A stretch of 63,275 nucleotides of DNA, the filler included, from Octopus bimaculoides (Eukaryota), in assembly GCF_001194135.2 (NCBI RefSeq). It is 4 parts of 4 records of this genome, joined end to end, with 100 filler letters (N's around TTAATTAATTAA, not from the genome) between each part and the next. Parts side by side here need not be neighbours in the genome. Positions count along the whole stretch, not along the records: positions 27,600 to 46,624 come from NC_069002.1; positions 46,725 to 60,122 come from NC_068984.1; 2 more parts are not named here. One strand, 5' to 3'. Below, piece after piece: positions 38,151-50,500 of the stretch (its first letter is position 1; each line of letters begins with the position of its first letter). The translations under genes were made by a program, and so were the position numbers. Below the pieces are notes generated by a model. It was given only the letters and a program-made list of their open reading frames with translations, was not told where the DNA came from and did not search any database.

Positions 38151-41100
38151 CACACACACACACGTACATACATACGTACATACATACATATATCATGCTA
38201 TTAAATTTACTCTGATGGGATAAGCATCGGTGTTTCAAATATTCAAATAATGATAATATATTTTTAAATACCTGAAGATGGTTTATTAATGGTAAACATT
38301 TATTAGACACGCAGTTTTATGGCGACGAAAGCGTCACCTCAGCAGCAGGTGAAAAGTGAAACAGGAATTTTAAAATTCGTATATTTTCTACTTCACCCTT
38401 CGCATGATTGAAACAAGCTAAACGGTTTAGCTTCTTCTTTATATATAACAAAAACTTTATTCTACTCTGCCTCTGATGCACTCTTATGACAGATCAGTGC
38501 GCGTATTTCAAGATGAATTTCTAAAACTGACAGAGCAAAGTAAGATAACACAATATAATTAACGACTATTTCATTGGTTTACCATCATAGCATTCTCAGT
38601 ATCAAAGTAAAGCTAGATTGCTCCAAAACCTAAATTTTCTCGAGTGTGTGGCCGCGTAATTCTGAAGTAGTTTTTAGTGGTCTGAAAAACTTTATACAGA
38701 AATTAGTGCAATATAATACACAGACCTCCACACAAACACGCATACACATAAATGCGTGCATGTATATACATAAATGTGTGTGTGATGTGTGAATATATAT
38801 ATGTGCGTATGTGTATATGATATGGTATATATGTGTGTATATAAATTTATGTATGTCTATATATAGTTTTTATTTTGTTTATGATATTTTCTCCCTTCTA
38901 CGTCATATGTGACATTATGTCTCTGAAATAACATTCCATCAGCCATAATCATAATATTTTTATAATTTTCTTGTATTGAACAAAAATGTACTCATATTTT
39001 GCTATGGCAACAAACCGACAGTTATTTGCTTAATACCGTCTGCTACATTTTCCCGTTTCACAATTCACAACATAGAATTGCAAGCAACTGTAGTCATGTT
39101 AGAATTCGAAATTCCTTTCACGTCAAACTTCCAACCATACATTTATTGCAAATGTGTGCTTCGCAAGAAAATAATTATATATATAATGTATTTGGTCCAA
39201 GAACCGGTATGATTACATTAACATACTACGTGCAGATGGTGAAGATATGACATATTTGAATGAAATCTTCCACGCCAAACTTACCAATTACTTGAAATTT
39301 ATCTTTTAGTTTGGAGAGTAGAGTCAGTTCTTAAAGACTCTTATAGACATTTTCACTGGAGAACGAAAGTGTTTCAATAAACGACGATTTTGTGACGATG
39401 GACAATACATCAAACTATCTGGCCATTCCTGCTAACATTGATCATGTTTTTATTTCAAGCATACAAACGTCACTATTGTTTCATGATATACAACAGTCCT
39501 CTTTCTATATATGTCGTTAGACTGTAGTAGATATAGACGTACAACGGAAGAATTTTTCGTTCTTATCTTAATCACGGATCTGCAACACAAAATCTTCAGC
39601 ATTCTCACAGAACAGAGAAGGCACAGTGTTCTGTCACGAACAATCTGGATAAATATGCATCTACCTACGGCCGAGGAGAAACAACGTTTCTCACTTTGGT
39701 CATCGTCCCTCAAGCATGAAATGGCTCCCTGTGAAATGGTACACTCCGTCGTCTTTCTCCAAACTTTACTTCCACTCACCATCCCAGATCCCTCCACTTA
39801 CTATCCACGTCACATAAACAATACAGAAAATATGCTTCAAAATTCTGTGGCGGCATTGTTAAAGTTTGAATTTTAAACACGACGTAGACGGTGTTGATAA
39901 AGTCTTTGTTGAACACTTATGACGTCGCTAAAATATATTAGTTATTGTAAAGAGTATTATCTCTTCTTTATAATGGATCAAAATTATTTTGATACGTTTC
40001 CCATTTTAGTTACGGATATTTGCTGATAAGAGGTTTTTATTGTTCACTTTCTGAGTATATTGTTTTAAACCCTCAAATATAATTATTTATTTCAAATATC
40101 TGATTCTCACTGATGATCGTATCATGTTCTTCGAAATATACAATGCGCTATGCTTTCACTAGAATCGTTTTGCTTTTCCCGCTTTCTTACATTTCTAAAA
40201 TCTCTTTGTATTTCTTAAAAATGTTTCCTTCTCTTGCATAAGATTAAATCGTTTCCTTTCTCTTTTTTATCTTTTCCATTTTATGTTAGCCATTTTTTTG
40301 GCAGCCTTTCTGTGATTGTTGGCATTAATTTGAACAAGAATAACACAGTTTTCACCGATACTGTCAAAAATCTTCCCTAAATTAGGTTATTTAGAACACT
40401 TATTTTCAAACTTTCTTCCTTTCGAAAATGTATTCAGATGTGTATTATTTCCTTTCTTTCTTCTTTATTACCTCCCGGGTGTGTTTGAGGAGTTATTTCC
40501 GTTCATCAATGTCAATTGATTTTGTTTTGACAGTTCTATTTCCTTTGCATTATGTTTTGTTGTTTGTTGTTATTGTGTGTGTTATTGAAAAGAGCGACAA
40601 GTGTATATTTCGTGTAGCAATGGCTGTTCAAATTAGTCACGTTTTTGTTGTTGGTCTCGTTGAAGTATGTTTTATCATGTTTTATTTGACAACAATATCA
40701 AAATCAGTAGTGACTGAAAACCTTCCGAAGTTGTTGAAATTCTCGATACTATCGAGCGGATAAAAGGAGAACAGGAGGCTGTATCGATAGCAGTCAATGA
40801 ATTGTAAGGCAACAAGAAATGACATCCGACAATCTACCAGAAGGAAAGAACAATTATGTAACTACCGAAGAGAAAATTGATTTCGACACAGGTGACATGC
40901 AAACCTACAATATAGACACGCACATACACATATGTGTATATTTGTGTATTTTGTGTGTAACATTTCCTATACGTGCAGTCAGATGTAGGACTACAGCTAA
41001 TGAATGAAGAGTTCCACGTAGAGTGTCATCATCTAGTGGACTTCCAGTAAAGGAGTGCTGTTAGAACTGCACTTGGCAGTTTTACCAGTCACGATTTTCA

Positions 41101-41170
41101 CAATGGAAGATAGAGGGTGTGTGTGTGGGTGTGCATGTATGTGTGCGTGCATGTGTGAGTGTGTGTGTGT

Positions 41171-41217
<47 letters not shown>

Positions 41218-43205
41218 TACTTTTATTTATGTATAACAACAGAGTACACAGGACGAGGATTTAAATATTTAAATATAAGATGGCGACACTGAAAATGAAT
41301 TAATCATGGTGTTTTTTAGTGAAGACATGTTTCCATGCGGAATTATGTGAGTAAAATCACAGCTGGAATCCATCACATTAATGGGTCTTGAAACATTTAT
41401 CAATAATAGATAACAGGAGAAAAAAGTGGAAATGATCTTTATATATAGTGATTAGCCGAAATATTAAGACACGAGGAATAAATATATGACGATGTTAAGT
41501 TTCACATCTTGTAAAGTTTTATGAATTTATGAATCCAAATTTCTAAATTTGAAAACCACAATTTTCCTTAATGCACGGAATAATTAATGAGGACAGAATC
41601 ATACTAGTATTGCACAGCCTCTTATATTATTTAGCACATTGTGTATATAGTTTTTATATTGTTATAAACACGCATCATTTTACTTCTAAGAACACAGTTT
41701 TAGTTGGCAAAGTTGCTGCTTATTTACGCAAAGCCGCTCTCAAAATTTGCAAACTAAATATTTAGTTTGAAAATCTGTACAATCTGAATAAATTATGAAA
41801 ATCATATCAGTGTTGATTTGTGTTAAAATAAATATTTAATTTAAAATGAAATAACTATATCACATAAATACATATTGGAAATATATATGTATGAATAGAT
41901 ATATTGATTCTTTCGCATATAATCTCAAAAATAAACAAGTTAAATGAACATGAAATATATAAGATAAGGCCTCGAGTGACATTTGATTTTAAACAGTTTA
42001 TTATTATCCATTTATTTATCTTACGTAACTCTTACGAAAATTGGTCTATATCTAACAAAGAATCTGAGGTGATTTGATACGGTTTCCTTTATCTACACAA
42101 TTTATAACAATCAAAGTACGTTGTTTTCAGTATATAATATATATTTGTCTTTCGTATGACTAAATTACACTAAAGTAGTTAAAATATATTTATCTGTTTT
42201 GAAACTCATTAGAAAATGGAGATTAGGGAATACAGAAAATGAAATAAAATTTTGATTTGTGATGTATTTTTCATATCGACTACCAAAACTAAGGAATCGA
42301 AAATCGCTTTAATAAAGGATTTTAAAGTTTGTATAACATATATGATTAAATGAATAAGAACTGTCTCACCTATTTACCTTCCGAAACTTTTTTTTAATTA
42401 ATAATACTGAGTTTCTTGATAAAAAAAAACCCGCAAACTCACCCGGGAGGTAACAAAGAAGAAAAAAGGAAATAATACATATCTAAATACATTTTCCAAA
42501 GGAAGAAATTTTGAAAATAAATGTTCTAAATAACCTAACTGGGTTGAAATACTCTTTTTTTTATAAGGTTGTACATTTTATTCGTCCTCCTCAGAGTCTC
42601 AAACATCAGGAATTCCCATCATGACCATATTTAGTTGAAGCTGGCAAAGAACATCACACGTTGATTTTCTCTCAGATGGTTTGCTGAAGTCAGAGATGCT
42701 GCACATTTCTCCAAACCAAGCAATATTAAATTTTTTACAGTAGTAAGAATACTAGCAACTCTACAATTTGTGAGGAACAGATGAAGCACAGTTTAGAGAA
42801 TTATAAAACAGATGTAATTCTGAACGGTATGAATAATATCAAAATCGGCCGCAATGAGATAACTTTGAAGATAAAAAGCCCGTGGTAGTTGTAGCTCTTT
42901 TGTATATTGAACAGGAAGTGTTGCGAAGCGCCCAAATAATTGAACTAGGAAAGTATTCACTGCGCTCAAAATCCACCTTTCTATAAGGGATATGGTTAAG
43001 ATATGCTTGACAAGCTCATATGCAGGACGTGAATTGCCACAATAAATGCAATGAATCTGGATTTATTTTGTAGCAAGGAAAACTAAAAGTGAATGGGGAA
43101 AGAAATCAAACCAAAATAAATACAAAAATGCCTTATTTTTATTATGGTGTGTGTGTCGCTATGCGTGTTTGTGTGTGTATTTATATATGCATTTATGTAT
43201 CTATT

Positions 43206-43238
<33 letters not shown>

Positions 43239-43986
43239 NNNNNNNNNNNNNNNNNNNNNNNNNNNNNNNNNNNNNNNNNNNNNNNNNNNNNNNNNNNNNN
43301 NNNNNNNNNNNNNNNNNNNNNNNNNNNNNNNNNNNNNNNNNNNNNNNNNNNNNNNNNNNNNNNNNNNNNNNATACATACATACATACATACATATGCATA
43401 TATATGTACATATGTACGTTACATCTGTGTCTGTGTGTGTATCACTATGTATCTGTAAGATAAACATACAATCTTATATATGCTCCACACAATAAACGAA
43501 TTAAGTATACCATGAAAATGTTTTATTTGAGAACAAAGAAACAGAGAAGATAAAATCTAATGGAAACTGCTAATAAAAGTCCAGAATTAATTTATAGAAA
43601 AATAAATTCACAGCCAGTATCCTGCAAGACAGCATAAAAGAAAGGAATGTGAACCGATACGAAAACTGTGACTAAAACTTTCACCAATAAACGAAGATTA
43701 AAGGTTTGACTTTAGCTGAAAAAGATCAGTTCTTAACAAGAATTATACATGGGCAAAACAAAATAATAAAAATGAGACAAACTAGATCTGTCAAAGCTAG
43801 AAAGCCTCCGCAACTGTGACTTGGTAGGCATGTGAATTCGTTCAGAATTATTCAAATGCATAAACATAGCGATTTGAAACATGTGGTTTAACTAATTATT
43901 TAATCCGCTATTAGTCAATGATGCGACTATAGAACGCAAGGACGAGCCTTTTCGGAATAACTATCAGACAATATTAATCATAGTAC

Positions 43987-44200
43987 GGCGGCGAGCTGGC
44001 AGAAACGTTAGGATGCCGGGCGAAATACTTAGCCGTATTTCGTCTGTGTTTACGCTCTGAGTTCAAATTCCGCCGAGGTCGACTTCACCTTTCATCTTTT
44101 CGGGGTCGATAAATTAAGTACCAGTTGCGTACTGGCGTCCATCTAATTGACTGGCCCCCTCCCCAAAATTTCGAGCTTTGTGCCTAGAGTAGAAAGGAAT
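43987..44200 (+). mobile_element. SINE family 2, full length
   Basis: ggcggcgagctggcagaaacgttag head, B-box-like gagttcaaattcc and ggggtcgat block. Confidence 0.92.
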
Positions 44201-45949
44201 AGTGAGCAGATGATTCTACTCAAGCACTTCCAGACAGCAGACAATCACAGTGACCAGATGAGAGTTAAATTCAAAATTAATTTACTTTGTTTCACATTTC
44301 GGTTTAAACCGATGTAAAAATAGTTCGAAACGAATTAGACACATTTTACAAATATTACTTTCAATGGAAATATGTATAAAGTGTTGTGAGTCGTACTAAA
44401 ACCAGGTCTCAATAATAATCATTCTATGGAAAATTATGAAAAACAGTCTTTTAAATAAAGATGCAATTACAGAGATCATTACTGTCCTGACATGTTATTT
44501 TTATTGTGTGTTTTCACTGCACATCAAAATGTCTTCTTTACGTGCAGGGTTTTGCTTTTGTTCTCTGTTTCTATCTTATTGACATTATTATATATAATAT
44601 ATGCAATATCTATTCGTGTTTCTTGCACATTTAATGCGTATTTACATGTCTCTGAAAATCGTGTAATCATTTCACTGCATGATTTTTACTATTCCCAAGC
44701 CACGAACTATCAAAGGGCTTACTAGTGTTTTCGATCCCCTCTTTGTCATCATTACCATTTTCCTATTTTGAGAGTTGTTTTAGTTTATATATAGACAATC
44801 TATCCAATTTTTTGAAAGCTTCATCATGTTTTTGGAATTTGTTCTGGTTACATTTGTTTTGGTGGAGCGTATTTGGTGGAGCCTTTAGCGTTCATCTCTT
44901 GTTGATTATTTTTTTTTATTTTGTATCTTTTGTATGGTTATTGCGTTATTTTCTGATATCTGTCTTTGTAGAAAGTTATATCACATCTTTTCTGATGGCA
45001 ATTCATAAATCTACAATAACACCAAAATTATGAAAGCTCCAACTTGTCGTAAATTTTTGTATACAGGTTCGGAACATCTAGAATTTAAAAAAATGATTAA
45101 TTGCTACTCCTAAACCACGACATATTTTGCGGTTAATGTGCTACATTATTCGTTTTGAATGGTCTCTGATATAACAAATTCGATCCTGTACTTTTTCTGT
45201 GCCAGCTTTGACCCTTGCATTTCTCTGCTGGTGTTTCAATCTTTCTTCAAGAAATTCCACATGGTTTAGGCTTCTTCAGTTTTTGACTATGTAGGTGATT
45301 TTCTTGTTAACCCTGAACTGTGATATACAATGACCCCACGCTCAGTTGGAGTTTACATTATTTAAGATGTATATTGTAGTCTTTCTCCTTCTCTGTAGAA
45401 TCGTCACCACAAGCTATGTGGTGTAATAGTCAGCATCATTGATAACACAACAAATCTTACTGTCCAGGATATATTTTGATGACATTTTGTAACACTAGCA
45501 TAAATTTAAGCATTTGTGTTATTCCTTAGAGAACCCTAACCTCTATTTCAGATAAACACGATCTTTCCCAACCACAAATTGCATAGTGTATTCGAAGTGC
45601 AGTCATTATTAGTTTTCTTTCTGTCTGATCACGTGGGTTCATTTCACCTCTATTTGAGAATACTACAAATATAAGTTTATTACTGAGACAACTTATGTAG
45701 TGACGCCTGTTATTTTATTTATTTGTACTTGTATAGTTCTATTTTAATATTAATCTCACACTTCTATAGCATTCCTCTATTTTCATTTCATTTCTGTGTG
45801 CTGGACTCTGTCTGGTTCATTCAATCCTAAGTATTTCCACGTCTGTGTTCGGTTTAATTCTCTTAGTTCTGTGTTCTTTCCCATTACTGTACTTAATTAA
45901 TTTTTCTCTCCTTGATCGTTGTTGCTGTTATTATTAATATTATTATTAT

Positions 45950-46504
45950 TGAGTGAGAGAGCAGCGCATGTCATCAAAGTGACACTGGGGTAAAATATAC
46001 GAAGCCCATTATACCCATCATGACTACCCGTCTGATGAGGGTACACTAGGCACATGCATCACAACCATATGTGCACGACATGGCGATTTCATATCAAGAT
46101 TAACAGCGCATGATCTCGCAGGTGGGGCCCAGTTAGAATTTTCTTCAGGTCGAGTAGCCTATCCCGCTCGAAAGGTCCCTGAATATGGTTTGCTTAAGGA
46201 TGTTGAGCAAAACACCCATATTTGCAAAGGTGAATTATTCAAACCCCAAAGAATTCCTCCCAACACATGGCTATGATGCTCCCCCACTACTTCTGCTCAT
46301 AATCAGATGTGCACTTATCGTCAACCACCAAGGGACATGCTCAACTGGATAAGGTTAAACAACTGACAAGTGAATCTGTGATATTAAGCAGAATATTTGC
46401 TCTAGCCCATCTTTTATACCAAGACAAAACAAAGTACATGATAACACTTCCAATCAGTTAAGATCAGAGGCCATGAGAGCCACTGCCTGGCACTGCATCC
46501 GGGC

Positions 46505-46507
<3 letters not shown>
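45950..46507 (-). mobile_element. ~560-bp ORF-less interspersed element embedded in (TAA)n
   Basis: Higher-GC block bounded by (ATT)n on both sides, with no ORF in the track. Strand is inferred from the (AAT)n tail convention. Confidence 0.55.
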
Positions 46508-46553
<46 letters not shown>

Positions 46554-46624
46554 GTTCAGTAGTTTTATTTTTATAACGTGCTTTCACTTCACTACCGAGC
46601 GCAGCTCTGTGCGCCTTGGGTATG
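46554..46624 (-). mobile_element. R4/Dong family A 3' UTR running into a gap
   Basis: One mismatch in 71 nt against the reverse complement of the 3' UTR at ~694-764. Confidence 0.92.
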
Positions 46625-46882
46625 NNNNNNNNNNNNNNNNNNNNNNNNNNNNNNNNNNNNNNNNNNNNTTAATTAATTAANNNNNNNNNNNNNNNNNNNN
46701 NNNNNNNNNNNNNNNNNNNNNNNNATATATGTCAAAAGTAAGGAGTGCGTTGCGTTCCGTGAATAATATATTCAGAAGGAAGTCAAACACGTATAGTAAT
46801 AAACAAACGGGTGGATAAACATACTAAATGCACAGACGAACGGGGAACATATTATTATTATTTATATTATATTATTATTATT

Positions 46883-47154
46883 AACCACTACGCCATATGG
46901 CGTAGTGGTTTAGAGCGCGCGCTACTAACCGCAAAATTCCGAGTTCGATTCAGGCAGTGACCTGAATAATAATAATAATATCGAAAACTACCTTATGAAT
47001 GAGAATCCAGGTTCGAAATTTCCCCAAGACACTTGATGAAGTCTGGAAGGTATATTAGCGGAAACGTTGTGTTAACACCAAACAAGATGAGGACAAATAT
47101 CCGTCAAATGTAAATAATGTACATAATTCCCCATCTCTTAAATATAGAACTGTA
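46883..47154 (+). mobile_element. Short non-autonomous element: tRNA-like head, (AAT)n and hammerhead-like tail
   Basis: A box TGGCGTAGTGG and B box GAGTTCGATTC. The head is shared with 51886-51997, and a decayed HHR lies at 47028-47073. Confidence 0.75.
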
Positions 47155-47509
47155 TTACTTTCTATTGCATATGTATTATATTTTTGCTGTATATGTAATA
47201 TTATTTTTTGCTGCCCTAAGGGCATATTCAATTTATTTGCTTCGTTGTTTTGTCCCTCGTTCATTCTTGTTTGTCCGTCTTGTTCTGTTATGCTTTGGTC
47301 GCATTCCCAGCAAGTTCTCTTGGTGGTTCCTTCTAGGGTGAGTGCAATATTATTGATAATGGCACAAAATCGCGCGTGTGTGTGTGTGTGTGTGTGTGTG
47401 CGTGCGTGTGTGTGTGTGCGTGCGTGCGTGTGTGTGTACACACTTCAGCAATGTAACTATACACTGCTATTTTCGATTTCTATTTTACTTTGGACTTCTC
47501 CCTATTTCC

Positions 47510-47543
47510 TTTCCGACGAAGAGCTATGCTCGAAACGACAAAA
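47510..47543 (+). ncRNA. Decayed hammerhead-like motif
   Basis: ttt-CCGACGA-A-GAGC-tat-GCTC-GAAAC-GAC-aaaa. Two core substitutions (U4 and U16.1). Confidence 0.45.
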
Positions 47544-50500
47544 ACACTGTCTTTTTACTTAGCGTCAAACTAATATATTCCTTGTGCATGTCCTCTTGTT
47601 GTCAGTTAATTTTATTACTTGTTTATTTGAATTGACTACACACACACTCACACATACATTCACGTATACTGCGTGTGTATTACTCAGTGGGTGTGTGTTA
47701 TGTAGGACGGGATACCTCACACTTTCGGCTGAGAAATGATACCATGAAGTCTCTCCGTTGGTACCAATCCAAATCTATGCCATCATAGTGTACAATCTAA
47801 AATGTGATGATAGTTGTCAACGATTTCTACGGTGATTAACTGTTTAAATTTTCCTCTGACCTCTTCCAATACTATAGAAATTGAAACTCGGTCATCTTAC
47901 TGTGCGAATGGAGATTACAAAGCAATCCTTCTTACCACACGGTATTGTTTATGAAATTAACTTTTATGCAATATTCTAAAACAACTTGTTTAATAAATAT
48001 ATATAATGTTATTCCATATTATGAATAACATTCGTCTGTATTTGTAATGTGTATTTATGGGAAACACTGTTTTATTGCCGAATATTTTTGTGTTATTTGG
48101 GAGAATTATTGGTTATATCTAAATATTTATTGTATTTTGTAAGTTCATATGTTTTCCTATCATTTATATTTACTGTGCACAAATTGCTCACTGAACAGTA
48201 GATAATATTTGGCAAACAGTCAATACATGATATGCGATATACGTACTGATTAAAAATCTAATTTTATACCATTTGTTAAAAAAATTACCTACTATTTATA
48301 AACATATTTGTACAAGAACAACAAATGAAATAATGTGTAAATCATTTTAAAGATGATGTGTATATAAGAGAATAATATTGAATCACAAATATTTTTCAAT
48401 CCTAAAGCGTATTATATATACAGAATATATTAATTTAAAGATATTTTCAGTCAGTATACATATGTAATTATATTTGTAGAAATCTTTCTTAAAAAATCAA
48501 TCTGCGCACATACTTCCAACGAATACCGATATTTAGAAAATATTTTCAATTTGTATGTAATCTTATACTAAATTATTTAGATAGCGTATTATCAATTACT
48601 ATCATATTAATTACTTAAATTTCACGTAGAAGCATATTTATAAAAACAGGGAAATCTCAGAAATCCATTTGTTTTAGTTGTATTGTAGTCGGAACTTAAC
48701 TATACTTCATTGAAGTTAACGATTTCACAGGTGCTTCTATGTAAAGTTGATGATCAAAGCCCTGGTCAGATAGAATGGTTAGACTGATTGAGCGCCTATG
48801 GGACTTCAATATAAAGTTGAGCAGTGGACAACACTTTCAAATGTTTTCTCTAATTCGTATCTGTAATCCAGCTCATCGCTTCCTGTCAGTTAAACAGGCA
48901 CCATTTACATGGAATGTTGTATATTTAATATACATCTCTTACTTATTAAATATATTTGCATATTCTGTCGATTGGTCCTTCTACAAACATTTAAATGTCT
49001 TGTTCATTTACACTGTGCAAAGAAATTATCAATAGATATGTTAATAAAACAATTGACATATTTACGTGCAACCTTGTTGTAAAAACATATATTTCTCTAT
49101 AAGACAAAAAGTCCCAAACTCACTTTCCTAGAAGAATTTATATTCCAGCCATCTGTTCATGGCACATCACGTATTCATCGTGATAGGAAGATGAAAATGA
49201 ATTAGCGTTGAATGAAACACCGATTTTGAAGTGTTTCTGCTTATTTTAAATAAAACGATGCACTCTAAGGTATCTAAATAGAATTCTACTTTAGCAATAA
49301 TTGAAAAATGATTATCTAGAAAATGATGCAAGACATGAGAAATTCTGAATTTGCAGTGTTCCTCTGGCTCTACTATTGACTCTACCATTTCTAAATATTA
49401 GATTTTTCATCGTATCCTATATATAACACTTGATAAACCGTCATCTAAGAATATGTAAATTAAAGTNNNNNNNNNNNNNNNNNNNNNNNNNNNNNNNNNN
49501 NNNNNNNNNNNNNNNNNNNNNNNNNNNNNNNNNNNNNNNNNNNNNNNNNNNNNNNNNNNNNNNNNNNNNNNNNNNNNNNNNNNNNNNNNNNNNNNNNNNN
49601 NNNNNNNNNNNNNNNNNNNNNNNNNNNNNNNNNNNNNNNNNNNNNNNNNNNNNNNNNNNNNNNNNNNNNNNNNNNNNNNNNNNNNNNNNNNNNNNNNNNN
49701 NNNNNNNNNNNNNNNNNNNNNNNNNNNNNNNNNNNNNNNNNNNNNNNNNNNNNNNNNNNNNNNNNNNNNNNNNNNNNNNNNNNNNNNNNNNNNNNNNNNN
49801 NNNNNNNNNNNNNNNNNNNNNNNNNNNNNNNNNNNNNNNNNNNNNNNNNNNNNNNNNNNNNNNNNNNNNNNNNNNNNNNNNNNNNNNNNNNNNNNNNNNN
49901 NNNNNNNNNNNNNNNNNNNNNNNNNNNNNNNNNNNNNNNNNNNNNNNNNNNNNNNNNNNNNNNNNNNNNNNNNNNNNNNNNNNNNNNNNNNNNNNNNNNN
50001 NNNNNNNNNNNNNNNNNNNNNNNNNNNNNNNTATATAAATATACACACAAATATACGTATAGATTATATATTACACGTATGTGCGTGAGTATGTGCATTT
50101 ATTCAAAATAACTAGTGATTTAATTTAATGTTTTACCTGTTAGGTTCCGTTACTTTTAATAAACGTAGTTTTCTCGAAAATAGTGAATTAGTTCCATAAT
50201 TATTTAATTAGGTAAATAGGTTTTGAACTTCCCACACATGAATTATTATTCATTATATCGGACTTTGTCGAGATAAAATACACTTACACATTGAATATCA
50301 TGCACACACGAGGTAGAATGCTTATAGAAAGACGTGTATCTATTATCTTTCCTAAACTAAAATTCCAATATCAGTTACAAGATTAAAAATGATCGAATGC
50401 CTATGGCATTTATCTTTACAGCCAGTTAACAAAGCTTCAGTGAATGCTGACTAATATAATTCGAGGTCTTATCTATCATCTGGAAACATGATAGTCACTT

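Noticed and set aside
45100-45500. Faint minus-strand resemblance to a Gypsy RT (CVINDAD...CGDD, HVEFL...EKVQ)
   Set aside because: Requires several frameshifts and lacks a clean YxDD. Too weak to call without an HMM search.
46028-46180. CTGATGAG...CTCGAAAGGTC read as a hammerhead
   Set aside because: Stems I and III do not form, and stem II is weak. A chance match.
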